A stretch of DNA of 64,000 nucleotides from Raillietiella orientalis (Eukaryota). Shown here piece by piece: positions 11,038 through 22,482 of this stretch (positions are counted from its first letter, which is position 1; each line of letters starts with the position of its first letter). Both the position numbers and the translations under genes were made by a program. The notes under the pieces were generated by a model that searched no databases, was not told the origin of the DNA, and saw nothing but the letters and a program-made list of their open reading frames with translations. The stretch is taken from contig JAYWIR010000038.1 in assembly GCA_036172245.1 (NCBI GenBank), forward strand, positions 868,001 to 932,000. The letters run 5' to 3'.

Positions 11038-13921
11038 GCGAATTCCAGCAAAGAAGACGTTCTCGTGGAGCTGCTGGCAAGCCACTCAGATGAAAGTTGT
11101 ACTTGGAAATGGTCTTTCACGACCACGTTCAGCATCGAATGAACCATCCATTCTTGCTGGGTGTGTTTCTTCGCTTTGCTGCGTCGGCACGCACCGCATA
11201 ACCAGCGGCAAATTTTCTTGTCCCTTATAGCAAATGGAACCGCATGGCTCAGAGTGCACCGGACGACCCGAGGGAGTCGCTCCCATGGTCGAAGAGCATG
11301 TGGCCAGCAGAACGATGTTCTCCTCGTGTGTGTTTTCGCGTGCAGTGTTCTTGCGTCATTGTTATTGTGATGACGCAAACAGAAGCCTTGCATCAGGAAA
11401 GTAGGGTTCATGTTTTGCAAGTGGGCTCACGTCTGTTACTATAGACGCACACCCGATAGCTGCTTTCGCAGTCTTTGCTCAGTTCTTGTTCTGAACATCA
11501 ATCTCTGGAAGCAAGGAGAGTGGGGAACGGACAGGGGCTTCTCTCCGGAATACCCCACTGCAGCATTACGAGGGGGAGGAGGGGATAAGCAAAACACTAC
11601 GACAGGAGAACCTGTATTTTTTTTTTTTTCTTGAAAGTTTCATCCTCCTCTGCCTTGGGCGTCGATGCGACCTTCCGTGCAGTGCGTGACCTCCCTTATT
11701 ATTTCAGATGCGTGGGCTTTCGCGCTCCAAGGGTTTGTGGCTGCTCCCAGATCGTCGCAACCATTTCCATTGTCTGATCTGCTGGGGTGCTCCGATCTCT
11801 GCAATGAAGCGGCAGCACAGTGGGTTTTGGATCAACCTGTAGGCCATGCAAAGAGGGGGAGGACGGGAAGGGATTCCCGGACGACGGCGTTTCCAGGAAT
11901 CGCTGCGTCAACTTCGCCGAGCAGACGGGTCGCTGAATGCTGCGCGCGGCAGCAAGCAGATCCCACCGTCTGGTGTGCTGAGGCTGTTCCCGGGCGCGTG
12001 CGTGGTTCCGCCGAGGTCCTCACGTGCGAATCTCGTGGTTCGAACGCTTCCATTCTTCAGGCGATGAAGCGCGAATGTGGGCGAAGCCAGCTCCCCGAAG
12101 TGCTGTCCAGAGCACTACCAATGCACAGAAAAAAAAAAAAAAAACAACAACTGTAAGGAAAGAGGTGAGCTACCGCCGAATTCCTTCAAGCCGCCATTGA
12201 CGACCGTCCACTATAGGCAACCCGAAGTCCCGATCCGGACTTCCCGAGCAAGCCGATCTTCGCGCTCCCTCGAATTCCAAAAGTCGCGTTTCAAACTGCT
12301 CGCTTGAGGCCGCGCTCGGAGCAAGCGAGCTGACCATGATGGCTTCTTCGTCCCGGAAACGTTCCCGGAAGCGAAGGTTGCTTCGAAGACTCCGCCTTCG
12401 CTCGAGCTGCACCGGAATGACGGCGGAGACGAGTGCAGAAGTTCTGCTCTGCTCATCGGCTTGCTCTCAGCAGAAACACTTATGCATACATGGGCGAACA
12501 AACACACACACGGTTACGAGCACACTGACGCTGACATGGAAATACTCAGTAGCCGTATTTATAAAAGCCCTTACGGCCCATTCGTGGACAATTAGGAATT
12601 TGTCCTGCACTTGCTGATGAATGGGTGTTTTAAGAAACGAGGAGAAGCACTCTCGGGAAGCGAAGTCCCACCAAAGGAAACCTTCCCGAATGAACACGGT
12701 GGACTGGGATTCGCATTTGGTTCCCGACGATGGGAGGAGGGTGCAGGTCTCTCTTCTGCACAGGAGTGAGCAGACATCGCATGATGTATCCATACTTCCG
12801 GCAAATACGATAATTGGATGAAAATGTGGTTTCTGGATGCTGGTTTCTGGATCCCGTGTGGCCACATCCATCACGCTCTGCTGAGCCATCATGAGTCAAT
12901 TTTTTTTTTTTTGCTCCTTTCAAACAGTTGTTGTTCAAATCGAAGATCCGTGCTGCCACCCACACAAGACCAGGACAGTAAACAGATTATCTTTGCTACC
13001 GGCAACAGCTTCTGCATAGGTTCCCCTGTGCGTTCGAAGCTCTTCGCCCCCTCCCTCCCTCCCTCCCTCCCTCCCTCCACCCCTCCCCGTTAAATGTCGG
13101 CGTGTCAGGCATCTGATTGTCAATGGGGGAGGAGGGGGGGGGAGATTCATTTAAGAAGAAAGAGTACACATTGTTCTACTTTTACTCGAAACATCATAAC
13201 ACAGACATCTTGCACTGGGTATACGAATCGGTTTTCGATTCGAACGTGCAAACAACTGCATGGATCGGTGTACACTTCTTGCGGTACACTCGCAAGAATC
13301 TCGTCCAACCCCTGCAACAGGAAAACCGAACTGCGCGGGCGGCGGCAGTTCCGCGAAAGAGAAAAACATGCGTGCTTCGAAGACGTCACTAAGCAATCAG
13401 CAAGTGTTCTCTGGGTGTCCTAATGCACTGTTGGAATGGCTAAAAAGATGTTCGCGTCCAGGAAATCCTTTATTCTAAGCACAAGGAGCGCTCCACGAGG
13501 CTTCTTTGCTCTTTCGTGAACCATCTCTGTAATGAATTCTCTTGCAGCGAGCCTTGTATTGCCCTGTGCCAGCAGCATGTTGCATTCCACGCAGACGTGG
13601 GCAGAGATCGTACACAGACGACAGTCTCGCAGCTCGAACCAATCTTTTAAGGAAGTTCCTCTTGGAAACGGTCGGTAGCAACGGGAACCACCTTCCGTCA
13701 GAGGGAAACGCGACTTGACCTCACTCGATTTCTGTGAATGGTCTGAAGAATGGTTCGGCTTCTCGAGCCTTGATCTGCTTTCCTCGCTCGTAAAAGATGT
13801 TTCTTGCTCTGTTTCGATGGAAAATCTTTCTGTGCATCTCAACCGCAGGCACATAATTTGCACACTTGTACAAAAATCCAGATTTACACTCGCAGACTGA
13901 TGATGTACCCTATAAAACACG

Positions 13922-14830
13922 TACGAGGGGCATCTCAAAAGCAAGGGCCGATCGGATAGGGAGAAAGAAAGAACAAATAAGAGGGGAAAAAATGCATTGG
14001 TGGTTCTAAGCATCCCCGTGCCATTTCACCATTTTTCCCCCAAACACTTTCGATACCGTGGAAGAAGCTCTTTTTGAAACCCTCTGCATCAAATTCTGCC
14101 TCCTGGGAGTTCAGGCAGTTCAGCAGCACTGCAGTTTTGCACTCCTCACTTTCCCCCTCGAGTCGCTGAGCCACTTCTGGAGGTGCGGGAAGAAAGACGT
14201 GGTGGTAGTCACTGGCAGGACTGTGAAGTGGGTGATGGAAAGGTTCCCGTTTGAATTTCTGGATTGTCTGGAACGTGCGGACAACAGGGTGTGGGACCGA
14301 AAGGGTATGTTTCTGGTGGACTTTATGGAGCCTGCAACAACTATCACTTCGCAAGTCTACTGTGCAGAAACACTTTGGAAACACTGCGGCGTGTCATTCA
14401 GAACCGACGACGTGGAATGCTGACATCAGGAATCGTTCTTCTCCTTCAAGACAACGCGCGCCTTGGCAACGCATGCTGTCTTCACGTTCCAGACATTTCC
14501 AGACAATTCAAACGGGAACCTTTCCATCAGTCCTGCCTAGTGACTACCACCACGTCTTCCTTCCCGCACCTCCAGAAGTGGCTCAACGACTCGAGGGGGA
14601 CAGTGAGGAGTTGCAAACTGCAGTGCTGATGGGCTGCCTGAACTCCCAGGAGGCAGAATTTGATGCAGAGGGTTTCAAAAAGAGCTTCTTCCACGGTATC
14701 GAAAGTGTTTGGGGGAAAAATGGTGAAATGGCACGGGGATGCTTAGAACCACCAATGCATTTTTTCCCCTCTTATTTGTTCTTTCTTTCTCCCTATCCGA
14801 TCGGCCCTTGCTTTTGAGATGCCCCTCGTA
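13922..14830. mobile_element. Non-autonomous fold-back mariner (Tc1/mariner) derivative, 905 bp plus TA target-site duplication
   Basis: TA at 13922-13923 and 14829-14830; mariner-type terminus CGAGGGGCATCTCAAAAG; inverted arms about 13924-14277 and 14483-14828; internal mariner transposase remnants. Confidence 0.92.
14289..14726 (+). pseudogene. Frameshifted C-terminal half of a mariner DD34D-type transposase
   Basis: Fragments in different frames: VWDRKGMFLVDFMEPATTITSQVYC, LRRVIQNRRRGMLTSGIVLLLQDNAR, PSDYH, FPHLQKWL, EELQTAV, CLNSQEAEFDAEGFKK. An inverted second copy of the 3' part lies on the minus strand at about 14020-14277. Confidence 0.88.
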
Positions 14831-15950
14831 CATCTACATCTACCACATACACGCACATGCATATGTGTTATCCGGATGGCATCCTCTGCATAGTTCAATC
14901 AAAAAGGCATACAAATTCTCCAAGGCATATGGCATTTCGGAGTCATCATTCCTGCTTGGAAAAGGCCTCTGCAAGGATGCTCTCCGATCTCAGGAAGAAA
15001 AGCAGTTCCATGCGATCCTTACGAACGTGGCTCCCTATCGGAAACGTCTCCTTTCGACAGCGCCAGCGACTCCGTCCAGTTCGCTAGCTGTCCGAGCTGG
15101 ATGTGCAAGTGAAGCCATCTTCGAGAGCCATCGAGATCGCTCTACAGTTTCGCGAAAATTGGCCCGAAAGACCCAACACGTATGTATTCTTGCGCTTGAT
15201 CTTTGCCGATGACTCCTCGATCTGGAATAATCATGGAAAGATCGCTGTTATCTGTTATTCATAGGGGAAAAAAAAGAGCGAAAGCAGTCAAATTGCAAAG
15301 CGCCAAAAAAGGAAAAAAGAAAAAGAGAGAGAGAGAGAGTCGTGCGGAGCAACAAGCGAGAGAAACGGAAGTGCAGCATTCCTTCCTTCCTTTTCTTTTT
15401 CCTCTCCTTGTTCATGCCGATTCCACTCTTTCTCATTTCCTTGACTCTTGAGCGTCTTCTTGCACGTGGGTCTTTCCTTCATCGCGGTTCTCGTACCGCT
15501 TGCAAATTGCAGACTTCTCCTCTTCGTCTCAGCCCTGGCTCAGTTCTCTTCATCCACCTGCTTGCCGCAGTTTCCATTCCGTTCTACGCTCGTGGTCTCA
15601 ATCGATAACGTTCTGACGTCGCCATTCCTCGAAGTGCGCAAAGGTGTCGGACGAAAAATTCATCTCTCTTTCTGACGAGAGCATCTTCAGGACCCTTCCA
15701 ATCGCTGAAGGGTAAAAATATCGCTCTATCGTAGGTGTCTTATCTGAGATCGTTTCTTCGGGGATGAGCCGCGTTTCATCGTTCCCCGTTCCTGGTGAGA
15801 TGGGGATCATCCCAAAGATGTGCGTGATCAGATGCGGAGCTGGGTAGAAGCTGCCGGAGTCGGATAAAATCCCCAGTAATGCGCAATCGAACGACGATGT
15901 TTTTTTTTGCTTCTTCTCTTCGCTTATATACGTACGACACACACGCACGA

Positions 15951-15970
15951 GCGCGCGCGCGCGCACACAC

Positions 15971-16046
<76 letters not shown>

Positions 16047-16073
16047 ACACACACACGCGCGCGCGTGTGTGTG
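15951..16073. repeat. Compound (GC)n(AC)n(GC)n(GT)n microsatellite, 123 bp of uninterrupted purine-pyrimidine alternation
   Basis: Read directly from sequence. Confidence 0.95.
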
Positions 16074-17765
16074 ATGCGTGCAAAAATTCGGCGCACAAAC
16101 GCCCTGCACCCTTCTTCTCGGAACGTTTGTTCAACAGCCCTGGATGATGCCACCCAAATCAAAGAAATGCCAACCGTTGATAACGCCTGGCTAGGAGATA
16201 ATGCGGGCGTGATCCGAGGAAGCCAAAGAGCCCCTCCCCCCCAATGCTCTCTGTTCTCCGAAAGGCGAGCTGTGTTACTTCCAATACGGCTGCTCGCCTG
16301 GGAAGTGGGGTGTTCGTCCCGAGAGCGCTTCCCTCAGGAACCCGTCAGGTGTTGACCTGTCCTGGCTAGCAACGCCGATGTGGTTTCCTGCATGCCCGCC
16401 GTGTCGAACGGCCTCAAGCAGGCAAAACGGCTAACCAGTACGGGCGTCCTTAAGCAGTGCTCGGCTCTTCCAGAGTTTCCTTCGTCGCTTGCATTCGGGA
16501 TGCACCGGGGGTTTGCACGCACGTTTTTCGTGTTCCTCGGAAGCTCCGTGTGCCGAGCACGGGAAGCTGAACCTGGGAGGTGCTTCGTGGGTGTGTTTTT
16601 CTTGCTGCTCCTGACATTTCGCGTCAGCTGGTGGCTTGTTCACGGGCACAGAGTTCTTCCTTGATCCAGTGTTTGCAGCTTGCGCGCAACCCCTTTGATC
16701 TGGACTTCTTCAGCACTGCAGCATTTGCTGTTGCTTTCATCGTTGCCTAACCGCATTCTGCGTAATGGGTGCTGAAGAGTTTTCGAAAGACCGAAGTCAA
16801 GCCAACGTAGGTGGTGGATGTAAGGGAGCGATGAAACGGACCAAAAAACGAGGGGCAAGATGTTGGGACTGGGGGTCGAACACAATGCTCGCGAAAAACG
16901 GTTTACGTCTGGTGCGGAGGAAGGAAGAAGGTCTTACGAAAAGACAACAACAACACGCAACACCAAAGGAAATTATTTATCTTCGTTTTTTTCCCGCTAA
17001 GGTTCGCGTCACCACCACCGGTTTCAATTCCTCTTTTCCGTATTCCGAAAAGAAATTGCTGCACGCGGGATGATGTTTTCCATTTTCCCAAGTGCAATAC
17101 GAATCCAGACAACAAATCTTCTGCGCCTCCCTCCTCCGGAGCCCCTGATGTTGATTTTTCCCCTTGCGCCAGGGCTCCTGGCCGTGGCACGGGTACTCTT
17201 CCAGTGGCTCCTGCTCGTAGGTGGATTCCTTCACTTCCCCCATTTGGCAACTAATACGTAGGTTGCCTATAATGCAAGTGTGGCCAGTCCCCATTCACCC
17301 TGGTATCGATGAAAGAAAAAATGCGCGCTGATGAGACCATCGTCATAGCAATGAGACCATAACGCAAGGGGACGGCTACGGCTGTTGTTGTTTTTCCATG
17401 TTTTCTTTTTTCCTTTTTTTTTTCTTTCTTTTACTACCCTCTTTTCCTTGCCCTGTCTTTTTTTTCTTCTTATCCTCTTCGTATTACATCATTGGCGTTA
17501 TTTTTACACTTCAGAGAACTGCGTAATCGCAGTGGACTGATTTCCATAGACAACGAAGTGCAATTTCTATTAAAAAAAAAAAAAAGTCCGCAAAGTACAA
17601 CACGGTACGTACTCATTATTTTTTTTTATGGAGCCTTGAATTTCTTTTCTTTTCCTTTCTTTAACGAAGTTGGTTCAATTAGGACAGGCAGTGTGTTTGC
17701 CGGATTGAGGTTTCCGGACAGAACACGAAAACAAATAAATGGAAATCGAATCACACTGGTAACGA

Positions 17766-17796
<31 letters not shown>

Positions 17797-18643
17797 TTTT
17801 TTGTGTGTGTAGGTGGGTGGGTGGCTGTGTGGTGTATGCGCGGACGGAGAGCAGGCGAACGGTTCATTCGAAGGGGAAAAAAAGGAAAAAAGAGGAAAAA
17901 AAAAAAAAAAAAATCGGCGTGATACATCCCGGGTGCGAATCCTTGCGTGATATCTGCATCGCAAGAATCCACACAACATCCTGCAATAACTGGAGCAGTT
18001 TCCATCTCGGTTATGATGATGTAATAGCTAGGAAACGGTGTATATCTCTCCGGCGAGAGATATCCCGCGTTTCCCCGTGTGTGTTTGTACGAGTCGGACA
18101 TATTCGGCACGGAAAATCCTCGAGGGGTGAAAAAGTCAAAATGGCGTCGGATGCAGCTGCGACGATTTATTTCGTTTCAATTAACATTTACGGAGTAAAA
18201 AAAAAAAAAAAAAAGAGAGAGAAAAAGAGGAGAGGAAAGGAAAAAAAACGCTTTCGAATGAAGGGTGGGTTGTTGGTGCTGGCCGTGGGCAAAGGATGTG
18301 TACAAACCTGTGTACAAGAGCGACGGCGCACAGTTGAGAATGCGTACGTACGCGCGCGAGCGCGTTTTCCATGTTGCCAGATGTTTTCGGACATTTTTTG
18401 CTTTTTTTTTTTTCCTTTTTTTGTTTTGACCTTTTTTCCTTTTTTGCCTGCTTCGCTTCCTCTGCTGCGCGGAGGACTCCGGGAAAATCGCAAGCGCGTA
18501 TTCCGAGTCCACGGGCCCAACCGAACCCTATCCGCGGGAACCGACCTAATGCGCGGGAAACCTCAGCGTCCCGGGGAGATCGCCGGGCAGATTCCGGATT
18601 CCCGCGATCAGGAAACGGTGCACGCAGGTGCATCGTGAACTTT

Positions 18644-18703
18644 GTGTGTGTGTGTGTGTGTGTGGGTGTGTGTGTGTGTACGTGTGCGTGTGTGTGTGTA
18701 TGT
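18644..18703. repeat. Imperfect (GT)n microsatellite
   Basis: Read directly from sequence. Confidence 0.9.
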
Positions 18704-21700
18704 GCCACAGACCCCTCTCCCCGCGCGCTCGGCGCGTCAGCACACGCGTGCTGGAGACGACCACGCGCCATCAAATAAAGGAAGACGCGTGCTTCCCTCT
18801 TTCCTGCTTTTTTTTTTCTTTTTTTTATCTCCACGGCACGCGTCTCTCCCTCTCTCTTTTTTTGTTAGGTTTTTTTTCTTTTTCCGGGACTCGGGCGAAA
18901 CGGGCGTGAAAAAAAGGAAAAAAAAGGAAGAGGGGAAGGAACGGCAGCATCAGGGAGATAAAAGAGAGGCTCCCACCTGCAGCAGTCCTCCGTCCCGCAG
19001 CGCGCGCGCGCGGGTCCTCGATCCCTGGAATCCGACGGTTCCCGAGTAGCAGTCGGGGCGGGCTCGCTTCTCCCCCGTCCGTCCCGAAGTGGCGGATGCT
19101 GGGAGCCGTGCCGGCCTCCTTCGCGCTCCCCTCGCGGGGTGTGGGACGGGAAAGGCCGACGCCGGGACTCAGTCGGCCGAGAAGGCGAGCGGAGGGGCGC
19201 TCCATCTTTCCATAGGGGGCCAGGGAAGGGTTGTAGAAGGGAGGGAGCAACGCCGCTTTGGCCGGGAGGCGTCCGAGCGCCTTCCCTCGCCCCTCCCCCG
19301 CCCCGCACCCCACTTCGCCTCGATGAGGCGGCGGCGCGCACCGAAACGGAGCGCCCGCGATGCGCGCGACTGAGTGCGCGCCCTTTTTTTTTTTCTTTTT
19401 GCCTCTCCCCTGGCAGATGGCGTCAGCTTCCGCCCCACCCCCACCTCGGTTTCGGCAGCCCCCGATGGTGGCGCCTCTTCCGTCGTGCCGGAGCCGGAGC
19501 GAGCGAGTGGAACTCCGCCTCGAGGGGTCGCCTCTGGCGGGGGGGAAGAGACTCAGGGCGTGACCGATCTCCCTGCCGCTCCAGCGGGGACGGTGGGGGG
19601 GATCGCCCCGTCGTCGCAGATGCCGCTGGGAGCGGCCTGCGAGCCGAAGAAAGGGGTGCGCTCTTGTTTGGCGCGGTGCGGTGGCGAAGAAGTGACCGGT
19701 CCTCCCTCGAAGGCAAAGGGGGCGAGAGCCGCCCCCCGGACCAATGGTGCTCGCGCGTGCCCGGAGACGAGGCCGGTGGAACCCGGCGGCGGTGGCCTCT
19801 AGCTGGACACGTCCGGTGCGCACGCGCGCGCGCGCTCGTCGTTTTTTTTTTTTTTTTTTTTTGCTTTTCCCCCTCACTGCGTGCGTGCGTGCGTCCGTCA
19901 CCGGCCCCCGCGAAACGCTTCGCTTCTTCCGTCCCTCGAGCGTCCCCCTCGCGGCAGGGGTGCCAGAAGCCTCCGGTAGGAGGAGCCGGCGTCCACCTCG
20001 CGCACCGCCGGCGGAGCGGCGCGCGCGGTCGCCACCACGAACGGACATGGTCCGGAGGGGAGTCCTGGGGGCGTCGAGGAGGCTGTCCGCGGCGAGATGA
20101 CAGCCGGCCGGTTCCCACGGAAACGGCCGGCCGGCGGGAGGAAAGCGCTTTTCGAGGATGCCCGTCCTCTCGGTGCTACGCAACCCGGTTTCCACGGCAG
20201 TGGGGGCAACGAGGGCGGAACGCGCTTCGCGAGGGGGCGGCCCCGATGCGCCGACGGGTTCCTCACGGAACGGGGGCGAGTAAGGGTGAGGAGGGGGCTG
20301 CGAGCGGCGCCTCGCTCGATGGTGGGGCAGTGGGGCCGACTTCCGCTCCTCTCCCTTCCTCGGGCGCTGCGGGCCACACCCGCGCTCTCCCGGAGACGGG
20401 GATAGGAGGAGCGCCTACGAAAAGAGGGAGTGCCTACATGCTGGTGACCAAGCGCCCCTGGACCACCGGTGCAATCGGTCTGCTGCTGTGAGCGCGACCT
20501 TTGCTTCGATCCGAAGGGGGTGTAGTAGGACCCTTTCCCTCCCCTCGATGATCAGAGAGGGTCGTACGTGTCCCCGCGCGCCAGGAACGAACCGCGTCTT
20601 CCAGCCCGCAATCCGCAGGAGGCGACCTCCTGAGCAGGCCGCAGCTGCCGCCCCTTCGCCGCGGGGACTCCGTCCAGGCGGCGAACCGCGGGCCAGAGAG
20701 GTGGAGGTAAGGGAGTAAGGTGGGGGTGGAACACCTTTCGGAAGGGGCGCCGCGCAGGGGAGGTCTTCCCGAGGGACGCGGAAGCGAAGAGGAGCCCGCG
20801 GTGGTGCTCGTCTCCCGAGCGCAGGTGCGGCTGCAGAGGGTGCGGTCTCGCGGTGGCGGCAGCAGAAGTTGGTCGTGCCCGCTTCGCGCCGGATGCAAGG
20901 AGAGAGGACGGGGCAGGAGAACGAAAGAAAGAAAAAAGGAAGGGAAAGGAAGAAGGGAAGAAGAAGAAGAAGAGAAGAGCCGGAGCTGAAGGGTGCGCGC
21001 GCCGCGCGGAGGGAGACGAAAGCACGCCAGTCGAGCGGGGAAGCGGCTGCGCTTCCCGCGAAGGAACGGCCTCGCCGACGCGTTTCTCGGACGGACGAAT
21101 CCCCCCGCCAGGCGGCTCCATCGGCCGCTCTCAGCTCGGGACTGGCAGGAAAGAGGAGGAGGGAAAAGAAAGCGAGGCGGGGCGGGCGGAGCAAGTGAAG
21201 AGCGCGCCCCCAGAGGCGACGGAGAGTCGCCCCCTCTCCAGAGGAGGCGCGTAGCCAAAGGCTGGCGTGTGAGAATTCGGAAATGCTGGGCCCGTCCACT
21301 CCTCCCCTAGCGCGTCCCTGCTGCCGAGCGGCAAGCGAGCAGCCACGGCTCCCTCCCAGCCTTGCGAAAGTGGACCGTCCAGGAGTACTACCTGCCCCTC
21401 TCTGCAGCACGGGTCACGGCGCCGGGGTCACGGCGTCATCCGTGCGTGGCCTCCTCGTAGCCTTCCCCCCGAGGAGGTGGCGTCCCGGAAGTGGCGCGCG
21501 CGTGTCAGCTCGTGTGTTCCCGCCGGTGTCGCGCGGTGCTGAGGGTGCACACTCCGAGGCTGAGGGCTTTGCCCGGCGCGAGGGCGACTGGGGTGTGCTG
21601 CGGCCGGCGGTCATCCCTTGCCGAGTTCCTCCCCAGGCCGCCTGTTCGGAGGGCCCCTCGCGCCTCAGCAGGAAGCGCGCGCGGTCTCCACCGTCCGCGT

Positions 21701-22427
21701 CGCTTTGCCCCTCCGCCCTCTCTCTGTTTGTTTTCCCTCCGCTTCCTCCTCACTCTCCTCTCGCACGGTGGTGATGACACGGTGTATCTTCTTCTTCCTG
21801 TCGAGCGGACAGGAGCTTTTTTTCCTTCCTCCTTATTTGGTTGCCTCCTCTTCTTGTAGGCCGGGGTTGCAGTCGACTAAGAAGCCGACTATTTTATTAA
21901 CGCAGTTATTCTTTAATTGCAGGAGGCGGGCGCGTTATGTCGCAGCACATGCACGCCGTATTGCCGTAACACGCCTGCTCAGTGACGCATGGGATCAAAA
22001 TAAACAGATCGCGATGCCACAGCAAGAGCTGCATCTACTTCCTTATGAAGTAATAAACCATCGTGACGTTGAAACGTGTGATTTCGATAATGTCAGTTGA
22101 GGAAAACACATGTGGGGCAAAAACACAGTATGTGAATTATTGATGATGACACATCGAGAGGCGGGGGGGAGGAGGAGAAGGAAAGAAAGAGGGGGAGGAG
22201 GAGGAAAGTAAGAGGAGGAAGGGAGGAACCAAGGAAGGGAGGAAAAGGACGAAAGGAGGAGGAGGAGGAGGGAAGGAAGCAAGGAAGGAAGGAGGGGGAG
22301 GCTGCAGATAAAAAGCCATAAGGTGGGTGCGGGCTGTCGCCTTCATGCGTTCGTAACCGTGACGACCACAAAAACGTACGCTCCATTCCTATGTACGTAT
22401 ACACACACGTCCGCCGCTTGCGCAGGG

Positions 22428-22428
<1 letters not shown>

Positions 22429-22463
<35 letters not shown>

Positions 22464-22482
22464 GCGCGCGCGCACGCGCGCG
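22429..22482. repeat. Compound (CA)n(CG)n microsatellite
   Basis: Read directly from sequence. Confidence 0.9.

Noticed and set aside
13420..15212. Paired ORFs beginning MLRTTNAFFPLLF on both strands
   Set aside because: Produced by the mariner inverted arms reading out into flanking DNA; not genes.
17190..17300. Short hairpin GGCAAC...GTTGCC, considered as a retroelement-type HDV ribozyme
   Set aside because: Could not build the nested double pseudoknot.
18825..20491. Overlapping 456-aa and 450-aa ORFs on opposite strands
   Set aside because: Arg/Gly/Pro/Ala-rich with poly-K/F from homopolymers, open in many frames because high GC lacks stops, and no recognisable domain.
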